Of a stretch of 64,000 nucleotides of DNA, positions 45,950-55,450 are shown piece after piece. Below the pieces are notes generated by a model. The model had not been told where the DNA came from. It saw only the letters and a list, made by a program, of their open reading frames with translations, and did no database searches. The translations under genes were made by a program, and so were the position numbers. The number at the start of each line of letters is the position of its first letter. Positions within the stretch are counted from its first letter, which is position 1. Location: contig JBFWVI010000010.1 in the NCBI GenBank assembly GCA_050246815.1, positions 2,293-66,292 on the forward strand, in the 5' to 3' direction. The stretch comes from Bdellovibrionales bacterium (lineage in GTDB: Bacteria > Bdellovibrionota > Bdellovibrionia > Bdellovibrionales > UBA1609).

Positions 45950-46222
45950 ATGAACAAAGCTGAACTGATCGAAAAGGTAGCCACTGAAGCAGGCTTAACT
46001 AAAGCGCAAACCGAAAAAATCTTGGATTGCACCATCGACAACATTCGCAAGTCGGTCAAAAAAGGCGACGAAGTGAAATTGGTCGGCTTCGGCACTTTCG
46101 TGAAAGCAAAGCGCAAAGCTCGCACCGGCCGCAACCCACAAACCGGTAAAGAAATCAAAATCCCCGCAACTTGGTACCCCAAGTTCCGTCCGGGTGCTGA
46201 ATTCAAAAACATGGTTCGCTAG
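45950..46222 (+). CDS. hup: HU/IHF-family nucleoid protein
   Basis: MNKAELIEKVA...GFGTFVKAKRKARTGRNPQTGKEIKIPA. 90 aa from Met28 of the track ORF. Confidence 0.93.
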   Translation: MNKAELIEKVATEAGLTKAQTEKILDCTIDNIRKSVKKGDEVKLVGFGTFVKAKRKARTGRNPQTGKEIKIPATWYPKFRPGAEFKNMVR

Positions 46223-46270
46223 TCGTTTTTGGCCAAAGTCCAAAACGATCGAACCTTTTAAGTTTGATCA

Positions 46271-46306
46271 AAAAGCCAATCCTTCGGGGTTGGCTTTTTT
46301 GTTTTG
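46271..46306. terminator. hairpin terminator between convergent hup and 46309..46881
   Basis: AAAAGCCAATCC-TTCG-GGGTTGGCTTTT followed by TTGTTTTG. There are T-runs on both strands. Confidence 0.8.
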
Positions 46307-46308
46307 AA

Positions 46309-46881
46309 TTACTGTGTAAAACCCCGTATCGGGGTGGGCCGAAACCCCGGTGCCTCGCTCTGCGGTTGATAGCCCTGAACTGTTCGACGTTTACAAAGCT
46401 TGATGCCCCTTAACAAAGGGTCGCCGGGCAAAATAATCGCAGAGTCATGCGGACACCCCTTTCGCCCATCGATGAATGTGCAGAGTTCACTTTCAAATTC
46501 GAATGTGCATTCATGGCCACCCAAATAGCAGCTGGGATGGTAATAGGCTTTCGTGACGAACTTGCCACACGTGTTAAAGCGCATCACAACTTTCATTTCA
46601 TCCCAGATCTTTTGAGCCTTCTGGTCGACCATTTCTTGGTTCATACCTGGCACCGTCATTGTGATTTTTGTTTTTGTCAGTGGCACGGCTGGCGGAGTCG
46701 GCTTGAAAGCTTGATCGGCCGCTGGCTTAGGCAGCCACGGCACAGCCTGCGGCGGCAAACGCGTCGTGGGTTGTGGGTTCGCCAGATCGATGACTCCACT
46801 GCCACCTGCTTGCGCGAAGACGTGGTTGTTCAGGTTAAAGGCCATAAGCGTCAAACCAAATGCAAAAAGTAGTTTCCCCAT
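46309..46881 (-). CDS. secreted Cys-rich protein (hypothetical)
   Basis: Signal peptide MGKLLFAFGLTLMAFNLNNHVFAQA. Pro-rich linker. Seven Cys in the C-terminal half. Confidence 0.55.
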   Translation of the reverse strand: MGKLLFAFGLTLMAFNLNNHVFAQAGGSGVIDLANPQPTTRLPPQAVPWLPKPAADQAFKPTPPAVPLTKTKITMTVPGMNQEMVDQKAQKIWDEMKVVMRFNTCGKFVTKAYYHPSCYLGGHECTFEFESELCTFIDGRKGCPHDSAIILPGDPLLRGIKLCKRRTVQGYQPQSEAPGFRPTPIRGFTQ

Positions 46882-46975
46882 GGAAATAGGATAACAAAGC
46901 AAGGCTGCCTTGATAGTCCAGTGGCAGTTGATCTGGGCCCTTGCCCTGCGCAAGCGACTGGACCACAATCAAGAG

Positions 46976-47968
46976 ATGGCACAGTTTGATGCTACCAAAC
47001 TTAAAAATATCGGTGTGCTGACCAGCGGCGGGGATTCGCCCGGCATGAATGCGGCCATACGTGCCGTGGTGCGTGTGGGCATCACTCAAGGACTGAAGAT
47101 CACCGGGATCATTCAGGGCTATACGGGCCTGCTAAAAAAGCAGACCGTACCGCTAGAGCTTCGCTCGGTGGCCAATATGCTGCAACGGGGCGGCACCTTC
47201 TTAAAAACCGGACGGGAGCCCGAATTTTTAAAGCCCGCTGTCCGCGCCCAGGCCGCCGCCAACTTGCGCTCGATGAACATTGATGGTCTTGTGGTCATTG
47301 GCGGCGATGGCTCGTACCACGGTGCCCACCTGCTTTGGGAAGAGCAAAAAATCCCCGTGGTGGGTGTGCCTGGCACCATCGACAACGATATTTCGGGCAC
47401 CGACCTAACCATTGGCTATGACACCGCCGTTAATACCGCCATGGATGCCATTGATCGTATTCGCGACACCGCGGCCAGCCATGATCGCCTTTTTATTGTC
47501 GAAGTGATGGGACGTGATTCAGGTCATATCGCCATTGAGGTGGGCCTGGCCGGCGGCGCGGAAGAGGTTTTTATCCCTGAAAATCTGGTCACCGTGGATG
47601 AAGCGATTCAACACATTGAAAGAGGCATGGCGCGCGGCAAGACCTCGAGCATCTTAATCGCCGCTGAAGGACAAAAACCAGGGCGCACCTACGACTTGGC
47701 TGAAGCGATTCGCAAAAAATCAGGGCACGAAGCAAAGGTCTGCGTATTGGGACATATTCAGCGAGGTGGCGCGCCGACAGCGACGGATCGCAATCTGGCC
47801 TCGCGCATGGGAGCCGCAGCCGTGCAAGTTCTGCAAGGTGGTCATGCGGACGTGATGGTGTGTCTGCAAGCCGGTCAGGTGGTCATGGTGCCCTTGGAAG
47901 TGGCGTTCAAAGACAAGCGCCGAGTTCCCAAAGAGCTGATTGACTTGGCCAAACTACTCGCCAACTAA
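46976..47968 (+). CDS. pfkA: ATP-dependent 6-phosphofructokinase
   Basis: GVLTSGGDSPGMNAAIR, GGDGS, PGTIDND, MGR and GHIQRGG motifs. Start at Met23 of the track ORF. Confidence 0.95.
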   Translation: MAQFDATKLKNIGVLTSGGDSPGMNAAIRAVVRVGITQGLKITGIIQGYTGLLKKQTVPLELRSVANMLQRGGTFLKTGREPEFLKPAVRAQAAANLRSMNIDGLVVIGGDGSYHGAHLLWEEQKIPVVGVPGTIDNDISGTDLTIGYDTAVNTAMDAIDRIRDTAASHDRLFIVEVMGRDSGHIAIEVGLAGGAEEVFIPENLVTVDEAIQHIERGMARGKTSSILIAAEGQKPGRTYDLAEAIRKKSGHEAKVCVLGHIQRGGAPTATDRNLASRMGAAAVQVLQGGHADVMVCLQAGQVVMVPLEVAFKDKRRVPKELIDLAKLLAN

Positions 47969-48036
47969 CTCCCTTCTTGTAATCAGCAGGGCGAAGAAAT
48001 CCTTCACCCCACTGTCGACAAATGGGAGCAAATCAA

Positions 48037-48061
48037 GCTGCTTCTTTTTAAAAGAAGCAGC
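48037..48061. terminator. palindromic hairpin between convergent pfkA and flgE
   Basis: GCTGCTTCTTTT-T-AAAAGAAGCAGC. Confidence 0.6.
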
Positions 48062-48067
48062 TATCTA

Positions 48068-49354
48068 TTAGCGTTTCAAGTTAATGACTTCAGCCAGCAA
48101 CTCGTCGGTTGTGGTGATGGTCTTCGCGTTCGCCTGGAACCCGCGTTGGTTCTGAATCAGGTTCACGAATTCCAAAGCCAAATCGACCGTCGAACGTTCA
48201 AGTGACTTGGCGAAGATCTTACCACGACCCGCACGACCTGGTGCACCCACCGCGGGAGCGCCCGAATCGCGAGCCTCTTTCATGCGGTTATTACCGACTT
48301 TGAACAAAGCTTCGGGGTTTTCGAATTTGCTCAAGGCAATCTGCGCCAAATCGCGAGTCTCACCGTTCGAATACAGGGCGGTACAAACGCCTTCGTCATT
48401 GAAGGACAGGTTGGTGATCGTGCCCGCCGCCGAGCCGTCTTGACCCCAGGTGATCAAATCCGATTCTTTGCCGTACTGCTTGGTGCCGTCTAAGCCTTCA
48501 CCTTTGTCGGTGGTGACCGCATCGCCGAAATCGATTTTGATTTTCTGGTTTTGCAGCGCGCCGCCTTTGAAGTTGAATGCGGATTCAGTCACGGTTTCCG
48601 TGTCTAGCTTGCCATCCACGGTGAACGTGATTTGACCTGTGGCCACTTTAGCCAATTCGCCCTCTTTGCCACCGATGACTTCTTTTCCATCCACCATACC
48701 TGTCCAGGTCCATTGGCGGTCGGCCGTTTTGTTGAAGAACATGGTCATCAGGTGCTTGTTACCTTGCGAATCGTAAAGCTCGATACCGGTTGAATAATGG
48801 GCACTGTCATAGGGATTCTTCGGATCAAAGGGTTTTAAACTTTGAATGCGTGAATCCAAGTTCAAATCCATGCGGATTTTTTCAGTGGCTTTGGCGGCCA
48901 CCAGCGCGCGCGGAAATTTAATATCACCGGTTTTGTTCAAAATCTGGCCTTTTTCATCGGCTTGAAAACCTTGAACCCGCTGGTTGTCGTTGGTGACCAG
49001 GTAGCCGTCCTTATCGAAGTGGAATGAACCATCGCGCGTGAACGACTCACCGTCTGAACCACGCAGCGTGAAGTAACCGTCGCCTGAAATCGCCAAGTCC
49101 GTGGCTTTTTCTGTGGCGTCGACGTTACCTTGAATCAAGATCGGATTGACGGCGCCGATTTTCACACCGCGACCGATCTGGTTGCCCCCAAGAATACCCT
49201 TTAGGCTCTTGGAAACTATGTCTTGGAACTCGGCTCGGCTGGCCTTGAAACCAACCGTGTTGGCGTTGGCGATGTTGTCGCCGATCACGCCCAGCGCTTC
49301 GCCCTGCGCTGCTAAACCGGATACACCGGTGTAAAGAGAGGATAATACTCCCAT
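48068..49354 (-). CDS. flgE: flagellar hook protein FlgE
   Basis: N-terminal rod/hook motif SLYTGVSGLAAQGEALGVIGDNIANANTVGFK. C-terminal LERSTVDLALEFVNLIQNQRGFQANAK. GGAGG SD. Confidence 0.95.
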   Translation of the reverse strand: MGVLSSLYTGVSGLAAQGEALGVIGDNIANANTVGFKASRAEFQDIVSKSLKGILGGNQIGRGVKIGAVNPILIQGNVDATEKATDLAISGDGYFTLRGSDGESFTRDGSFHFDKDGYLVTNDNQRVQGFQADEKGQILNKTGDIKFPRALVAAKATEKIRMDLNLDSRIQSLKPFDPKNPYDSAHYSTGIELYDSQGNKHLMTMFFNKTADRQWTWTGMVDGKEVIGGKEGELAKVATGQITFTVDGKLDTETVTESAFNFKGGALQNQKIKIDFGDAVTTDKGEGLDGTKQYGKESDLITWGQDGSAAGTITNLSFNDEGVCTALYSNGETRDLAQIALSKFENPEALFKVGNNRMKEARDSGAPAVGAPGRAGRGKIFAKSLERSTVDLALEFVNLIQNQRGFQANAKTITTTDELLAEVINLKR

Positions 49355-49553
49355 ACAAGACCTCCATGTCTTGGCACAACCCTTGTCGAAGGCTGTGCAG
49401 TTGTAGGGGCCCCCTCACAGAGGTCCGGCCCCAGGGTTAAAGGTTCATCACCTTCATTAAGTATGTTCGGCTCGCCATCCTGGCTTTCCGCGACTGCTGG
49501 CCCTTCCCTGGCAGCGGTGCCGACGCACACTTAAAGTAAGCGATCAACTTTTT

Positions 49554-50000
49554 CTACAGCACCACCGTGCTGTCGATTTTCGTAAAAACATTCTCCTTCA
49601 AATTCTCTTTGTCCATCACCGTCACCACGGTGCGATTGTTTACACTGACTATCAAGGCGGAGTTGTCAGTCAAAAGCAAAGTGTCCTTGCCCCCTTTTGC
49701 GGCAGCCTTGTCGATGGCCTGTTCAATCTTCATCATCTGCTCGGGCGAATAGCGAATACCTCGTGCCTGCATACGGTCGATGGCATGGTTTGAAAACTTC
49801 ACGGGATTGGCGCTTTTTTGCGCTAAGCCGGTCAGTGATGCCAAAGCCTCGGCCGCCGAGCTTTGCATCGGATTGATATTTCCCAAGGCGTCTTTAAAAC
49901 TGGGTCCGCCCGCTTTGTCTGGACGGGCTGCACCGTTGGTGTTTGTGACACCACCAAGAGGGCTGACCGAGTTGTTGAGTGCCTTTGAAATATCCGTCAT
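49554..50000 (-). CDS. flagellar operon protein (TIGR02530-like, located between flgD and flgE)
   Basis: VKFSNHAIDRMQARGI...KGGKDTLLLTDNSALIVSVNNRTVVTVMD matches the remembered family pattern. The position between flgD and flgE is the family hallmark. Confidence 0.65.
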   Translation of the reverse strand: MTDISKALNNSVSPLGGVTNTNGAARPDKAGGPSFKDALGNINPMQSSAAEALASLTGLAQKSANPVKFSNHAIDRMQARGIRYSPEQMMKIEQAIDKAAAKGGKDTLLLTDNSALIVSVNNRTVVTVMDKENLKENVFTKIDSTVVL

Positions 50001-50001
50001 A

Positions 50002-50961
50002 TCAAATGCTCGTCTTCGCTCCGCTCTTCTGCAATTGATTAATCATACCACGACTCAAACCGACGTTTTCCAAATTGCCTGCAACTTGACCATTACTGGC
50101 CTCGCTTTTAGCAGCGGGCTGCTTCACCTGAAGTTGTTGAACCTCCGGCTCACGCACCATTTTAGGGTCGACAATCTCTTTGATGTCTTTCAACGAGATC
50201 GCCTGTTTGCCGACCATCATGATTGGGCCTTGCGGAGTAAAATTCACGCCGCTGATCACACCACTGAACTTGGTGTCGGCAAAAAGTTTCGCGCCATTGG
50301 AACCTTTCGCTTCAATCGACACCGTATAATTTCCCTTGGGCGCGTCTAAGCCTTCTTCGGTTTGGCCGTTCCAAGTGACTTCGTTTTTGCCGGCCTTTAA
50401 GTTGGCCACTTCGAGTTCGCGTACCACCGCGCCTTCGATATTTTTGATGACCAGTTTGGCCTTTGGGGCGTCTTGCTGGATCTTAAATGAAATCGCGTGA
50501 GTTTCTTTGTCATCGGCGCGGTCGATCTTGCTGGAATCGCCCGACACCGCTTTGCCGATCATCGAAAGTGCGTCGAAGTTTTGCTTAGGACTTTGCGCCT
50601 TGGTCAAACCTTCGATGGCTTCACTGATGTTGGTCAGCTTTTCAAGCGATGTGAACTGGGCCAATTGCGCGGCCATTTCGTGCGACTGCATCGGGTTAGT
50701 TGGATCTTGATATTTCATTTGGGTTAGCAGCAGCTTCATGAAAGCGTCTTTGTCCATTTGGGCATTGCCAACTTGACGAACTTTTTTTGATGGATCGATC
50801 CAATTGGGATCCGAGGCCTTATTGGCAATGTCGCCCAACGCTTGATCGCCGAAATATTCGTCTTGCTGAAGGGCGCTGATGGTCTTGGTGTTGTCGCGCC
50901 CCAGATCCACCTGCTGCTCCGCTTTCGACCAAGTTTGTGTTCCACCTTTAACGCTGATCAT
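50002..50961 (-). CDS. flgD: flagellar hook assembly/capping protein FlgD
   Basis: FMKLLLTQMKYQDPTNPM motif, with an FlgD Ig-like C-terminal region. Confidence 0.9.
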   Translation of the reverse strand: MISVKGGTQTWSKAEQQVDLGRDNTKTISALQQDEYFGDQALGDIANKASDPNWIDPSKKVRQVGNAQMDKDAFMKLLLTQMKYQDPTNPMQSHEMAAQLAQFTSLEKLTNISEAIEGLTKAQSPKQNFDALSMIGKAVSGDSSKIDRADDKETHAISFKIQQDAPKAKLVIKNIEGAVVRELEVANLKAGKNEVTWNGQTEEGLDAPKGNYTVSIEAKGSNGAKLFADTKFSGVISGVNFTPQGPIMMVGKQAISLKDIKEIVDPKMVREPEVQQLQVKQPAAKSEASNGQVAGNLENVGLSRGMINQLQKSGAKTSI

Positions 50962-50970
50962 CTTTGTCCT

Positions 50971-52866
50971 TTACGCCACTAAATCCAGGCGTCGCGAACT
51001 AGGGCCACGACGTGGGCTGTCCGACGGAGTGTAGGGTTGACGGTCGGTCTGCTCTTTTTGCGAGTTGTATGCGCGCGCGCTGCCGATATCGAAAAAGCCA
51101 CGGCGCCACTCATTATTTTCTTGGCGGAACTGTTCCATGAATTGCTGAGCGAATTGTTTTTGTGCGTCGTCGTGCTGCTGCGTCAGTTGGCGCGAAACAT
51201 CGGCTGGCGTGTCAACGCGAATTTGATCCACCTTCAAATTGTGAGACATCAACGTGGCTTTTAGATCTCCCAAACCTTTTTCGATGAGCCGCTTGGCTTC
51301 ATTCGAATCGGCAATCATTTCGATATTCACCTGACCATTTTCCACGGCCACTTTCATGGAAAGCTTACCCAAACCCTCCGGTGCCAAGGCAATTTTCATT
51401 TCACCACCGCCCTTGCGCGCCAGCAACTGAGCCTGGCTGACCACTTGGCGTATATTATTGGCCTCTTGATTCGGCGTCGGTTGAGTGTTGATCATGAAGT
51501 TTTCTTTGCCCATGATCGTCGGCTGTTCGCCGGTTTTGGTATTCTGCGGGGCTAACATTTGGTGGATATCAGTGGAATCCGTGCCCTGTTCTTCTTCGCC
51601 ACCCGAACTCATGGCATCCGCATTACTGCTTGTGGCCATGCCCAGTGCGGCCAAATTCAAATTGGGCACCGAGGGCGCCACGGCCGGAGCACTTAGGGCC
51701 ATCGTCGCGACTGGTGCCGCACTGGCTTGCGGTTGAGTCACGACATTTTCGCCCTTAAAGAAATTATTCAACCAAGCGGCTTGCTCCTGGCCCTGCACCA
51801 CGGGTTGAGTCGCGGTCTGCGGTGAATACACCGGGTTCACTTGAGGAGCTTGTGCCGCAGTGGGATTGATGATTTTGGGAGCCACCATAAATGCATCGGT
51901 GGGCTTGGCCTGCGGTTGGATCGGCTCTGGTGCAGCCATCATCGCGCCGTCGTCAGAGACTTGCTCCATACCCAACTGCTGCCAATCGATGGCGCCGGTT
52001 TGTGTCGATGTTGTTGATTGAACCGCAGCTCCTGACGACGACGTGGCATTGGCCCCGGCCGCGGCTGTTGTGGCGGCTGCGGCCACCATGCCGGCCAAAA
52101 CGCCAGCGCGTCCATCCGTTTCGCCTTTCTGATTCTGATAACGCGATAGTCCCGCAGTCTGAGACGGGCCCACCTTCGGCTGCTCACCGAAAAATTGCGA
52201 TTGCATCTGCTCAACTGCACGATTAACCGAACGTTTTTGTGCTTCTTTTTGGCTTAGAACTTCAAGCGACAACTGGCGATGCGAGGCCGTCAAATAACCA
52301 GCCATATCTTGAGCCGCCGTCTGCTTGAGCATGTCTTGAAAGATCGCCTTCGCGACAACCTGCTGTTCCGGATTTAGTGGTAAACCCTGAATAATCTTGT
52401 CTAGACTCGCTTCGGGCGGCTGCTGTAGCTCACTGGCTGACAACTGAGTAAAGGCTTCGACGATTTGTTCGGCGTCGATGTCGAATTCGTCTTTCATGCG
52501 TCTCAACAACTGCTGCAACGCTTGACGATGGGCCAGATTGTCGACAGATTCATCTAATTCACGTTTTTCAACTTTGGCTTCCACGTTGCCGGCACTGACA
52601 GCTTCACCCGACTTCATCGGACGAACTTCCATGTCATTGCCATCCAAGCGCGCCGGCAGTCGACCTGGTACATCTTGAGGTCTGTCGCCGCCTATTTTTT
52701 GCGCCCTGGACTCTTTTTGGCTTAAGAATGTTTCAAAGTCAGACGAGTTAGACGATGAGCCCGTGCCAGGCTTGGCATTTTGTTCCTTCGAAGGGCGGGC
52801 AGAATGGTTGGCCGACTTCGTCGCCGCCAAAAAACTCTGTCCTAAATTGTTCCCTACGATCGCCAT
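50971..52866 (-). CDS. fliK: flagellar hook-length control protein FliK
   Basis: Long low-complexity Ala/Gln/Pro region and a C-terminal Flg_hook-type domain (GGGEMKIALAPEGLGKLSMKVAVENGQVNIEMIADSNEAKRLIEKGLGDLKATL). Lies upstream of flgD. Confidence 0.85.
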   Translation of the reverse strand: MAIVGNNLGQSFLAATKSANHSARPSKEQNAKPGTGSSSNSSDFETFLSQKESRAQKIGGDRPQDVPGRLPARLDGNDMEVRPMKSGEAVSAGNVEAKVEKRELDESVDNLAHRQALQQLLRRMKDEFDIDAEQIVEAFTQLSASELQQPPEASLDKIIQGLPLNPEQQVVAKAIFQDMLKQTAAQDMAGYLTASHRQLSLEVLSQKEAQKRSVNRAVEQMQSQFFGEQPKVGPSQTAGLSRYQNQKGETDGRAGVLAGMVAAAATTAAAGANATSSSGAAVQSTTSTQTGAIDWQQLGMEQVSDDGAMMAAPEPIQPQAKPTDAFMVAPKIINPTAAQAPQVNPVYSPQTATQPVVQGQEQAAWLNNFFKGENVVTQPQASAAPVATMALSAPAVAPSVPNLNLAALGMATSSNADAMSSGGEEEQGTDSTDIHQMLAPQNTKTGEQPTIMGKENFMINTQPTPNQEANNIRQVVSQAQLLARKGGGEMKIALAPEGLGKLSMKVAVENGQVNIEMIADSNEAKRLIEKGLGDLKATLMSHNLKVDQIRVDTPADVSRQLTQQHDDAQKQFAQQFMEQFRQENNEWRRGFFDIGSARAYNSQKEQTDRQPYTPSDSPRRGPSSRRLDLVA

Positions 52867-52877
52867 TGTCTTAATTC

Positions 52878-53675
52878 CTATCTTGCCTTGTAACCCGCAT
52901 ACTTTTCAGAAATCGCTCGTGCTTTTGCCGGCTCTAACAGATTCATGATCTCTGCCGCGTTCTTCTTTTTCATCTTACCCAAAACTTCCACCGCCAAATC
53001 TTCATCAATGCCAGCCAGGATGTCGGCGGCTTGTTTGGGCTTCATGTTTGAGTAAGTTTCCACTAGTTTCATCACCTTTTCTTGATCGACCTCGACTCTG
53101 TCTTTCAACATCGCCGTGATCTGGGTCCGCAGCTCTTCCAATTGCTTAATGCGGGATCCGATCTCTGCCTTCTGCTTTTGCAATTCCTCTTCCAACTCGC
53201 CCAATTCTTTTTCGCGCAGGTCCAGGCTCTCTTTGCGCTCGCGTAACTTCTGTAAATGACTCAAGTCTTCCGCAACCTGGCCGGCCTCTGCGATCTTGCC
53301 GTCGGGGTTTGCGGCCTCTTGTGTGGCGGCAGCTTTTGCCGCAGTATTGCCTTTGGCCTGGGCGCTTTTTGCCGACTTTTCCTCGCCAGAAGCCAAGGCG
53401 GAGCTAAACATTTGCACGTTCACCTTGCCCAAAATGCGATCTGGCAACTCAGGGTCCACACTCCACCACCCCAGAAGGGTAGAAATTGCCGCCAGAAATA
53501 ACATTGGCACGATAGGAAACGAAACTCGGCGGCGGCGCGGCCGCATTTTAACCCGTTCACGCAAGCGCTCTTCTTCATTCTTCTGATCCATTTTCAGATT
53601 GAACGAAGCCGATTTGGGATTCCCCCCCCCTTTACGGACCTCGCGGGTGGCCTTGAAAAACTTGTCGTAACTCAT
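52878..53675 (-). CDS. YlxF/MotE-like flagellar protein (COG3334; MgtE_N-type C-terminal domain)
   Basis: N-terminal TM, a coiled-coil, and C-terminal PKQAADILAGIDEDLAVEVLGKMKKKNAAEIMNLLEPAKA. Located between fliJ and fliK, as ylxF is in B. subtilis. Confidence 0.7.
   Translation of the reverse strand: MSYDKFFKATREVRKGGGNPKSASFNLKMDQKNEEERLRERVKMRPRRRRVSFPIVPMLFLAAISTLLGWWSVDPELPDRILGKVNVQMFSSALASGEEKSAKSAQAKGNTAAKAAATQEAANPDGKIAEAGQVAEDLSHLQKLRERKESLDLREKELGELEEELQKQKAEIGSRIKQLEELRTQITAMLKDRVEVDQEKVMKLVETYSNMKPKQAADILAGIDEDLAVEVLGKMKKKNAAEIMNLLEPAKARAISEKYAGYKAR
53632..53640. repeat. C9/G9 homopolymer tract inside the 5' end of the ylxF/motE-like CDS
   Basis: The plus strand reads CCCCCCCCC. 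On the coding strand it is GGG GGG GGG, encoding Gly16-18. Confidence 0.95.
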
Positions 53676-54127
53676 AGGGTTTCTTCCTTTCGTCCCGAAC
53701 GAATCACCACCAAGTCCTCAAGACGTTTGGTTTCGAGGCGTTTTTGGTGTTTCTTGTATTCTTCTTTCATTTTCTCTTTTAATTTTTCAATTTTCTTGAA
53801 TTCGCGCGCGGCTTCGATCAGCTTTTCTTGAGCGTCTTCGACTTTGGTCATTAACTCTCGTGCCACCTGCCGTTGGCGCTCGACCCGAATCTTTTGCCCA
53901 TCGATAAAGTGTTCAAAATTACGAATTGTCTGCAAACCCTGACCGTCCGCCTGTTTTTGTGCGATGGCCACTTGCTGGCGTGCCATTTCGATCGATTGAT
54001 AAAAGCTCTTAATCAATGCCAGGCAGTCATCCAACTCTGTGCGAGCCTGCAAATAAATCCGTTGGGCCTCGTCTTCTATCCTTTTGCGATGCTTTCTTAA
54101 TGTTTCAAACTTAAAAACAAATGCCAT
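53672..54127 (-). CDS. fliJ: flagellar export chaperone FliJ
   Basis: 151-aa all-helical coiled-coil protein directly after fliI. FRLETLL-type start (FKFETLRKHRKRIEDEAQ). Confidence 0.85.
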   Translation of the reverse strand: MAFVFKFETLRKHRKRIEDEAQRIYLQARTELDDCLALIKSFYQSIEMARQQVAIAQKQADGQGLQTIRNFEHFIDGQKIRVERQRQVARELMTKVEDAQEKLIEAAREFKKIEKLKEKMKEEYKKHQKRLETKRLEDLVVIRSGRKEETL

Positions 54128-54133
54128 GAATTA

Positions 54134-55450
54134 TCAGCCTCCGCAGATTTCGGCCATAAGCTGTTCGGTGTCCGAAAAGGCAGTGGCTTCAGCAATATCT
54201 TGACGCAAAAAGTTTTCGATCTGGGGTTGCATTCGAATAGCCTGGTCAATTTTAGGATTTGATCCGCTTTTGTAGGCGCCGATGTTGATCAAATCTTCGG
54301 CCTCGCGATAAATCGCAAGCTGCTCGCGCATCAATCTGGAGCGCTGCAGATGCTCTTGGCTGACCACATTGCGCATCACCCGGCTGGTGGACTGCAAGAC
54401 ATCGATTGCGGGATAGTGGCCCCGTTGTGCCATCCGTCGGTCCAGAACAATGTGTCCATCGACAATCGAACGCACCGCATCCGCAATGGGGTCATCCATA
54501 TCATCCCCCTCAACCAAAACGGTGTAAAGCCCCGTGATGCTGCCGCGGTCTTTGTAATTGCCCGCACGCTCAAGTAACTTTGGCAGAAGCGAAAAAACGC
54601 TGGGAGTGTAACCCTTGGACGTGGGTGGCTCACCAACGTTCAAGCCGATCTCGCGTTGGGCCATCGCGAAACGCGTGACCGAATCCATCATCAACAAGAC
54701 ATCTTTGCCCTGCTGGCAAAAGTATTCCGCAATCGAAGACGCGATGAAGGCAGCCCTCATCCTCAGAAGCGGACTTTGATCCGAGGTAGCCACGACCAAG
54801 ACGGATTTTTTTAAACCTTCTTCGCCCAAGGTGTGTTCGATGAATTCACGTACTTCGCGGCCCCGCTCGCCCACCATTGCAATCACATTGACATCGGCAT
54901 GCGTCGAACGAGCCATCATACCCATCAAGACTGACTTACCGACACCGGAACCCGCCATCACTCCGATCCGTTGCCCCTGGCCCACTGTGATCATTCCATC
55001 AATCGAGCGAACCCCTAAACTTAAGGGCTTGTGGATCGGGGGGCGATCCAAGGGATTGACCGCTTGGGCGTAAATACTGCTTTCTTCATAGGCCGAAAGC
55101 TCGCCTTTGTTGTCGATCGGCTCGCCCAGAGCGTTAATCACTCGGCCAAGCAAAGTTTGACCAACGCGAATCCCGGCTTGAGTTTTTAAAAGGACTATTT
55201 TCGATCCCAGACCCACGCCGTGCATTTCACCAAGCGGCATCAGCAACACCTGACGATCTTTGAACCCCACCACCTCGGCTAAAAAAGGCTTTTCCCCTGC
55301 CATCGGAAAGATTTCACAAACTCCGCCGATACAGGCGCCAGGAATGAAACCGCGAATTAGAAAACCTGTCACCTGCGTGACTTTGCCCACATCACGGGTC
55401 AACCCCGATGCGTCCAGCGCTTTTTGATAGCGGGCCAGATTAAGTCCCAT
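54134..55450 (-). CDS. fliI: flagellum-specific ATPase FliI
   Basis: Walker A GSGVGKS and Walker B VLLMMDSVTR. F1-ATPase beta-like fold pattern. ATG 55450 has a GGAGG SD. Confidence 0.97.
   Translation of the reverse strand: MGLNLARYQKALDASGLTRDVGKVTQVTGFLIRGFIPGACIGGVCEIFPMAGEKPFLAEVVGFKDRQVLLMPLGEMHGVGLGSKIVLLKTQAGIRVGQTLLGRVINALGEPIDNKGELSAYEESSIYAQAVNPLDRPPIHKPLSLGVRSIDGMITVGQGQRIGVMAGSGVGKSVLMGMMARSTHADVNVIAMVGERGREVREFIEHTLGEEGLKKSVLVVATSDQSPLLRMRAAFIASSIAEYFCQQGKDVLLMMDSVTRFAMAQREIGLNVGEPPTSKGYTPSVFSLLPKLLERAGNYKDRGSITGLYTVLVEGDDMDDPIADAVRSIVDGHIVLDRRMAQRGHYPAIDVLQSTSRVMRNVVSQEHLQRSRLMREQLAIYREAEDLINIGAYKSGSNPKIDQAIRMQPQIENFLRQDIAEATAFSDTEQLMAEICGG

Noticed and set aside
46648-46662. 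Plus-strand TGGCAC-CGTCA-TTGT sigma-54-like element
   Set aside because: It lies inside, and antisense to, the 46309..46881 CDS and 314 nt upstream of pfkA. The -12 reads GT, not GC. About one such near-match is expected by chance in 128 kb of two-strand sequence.
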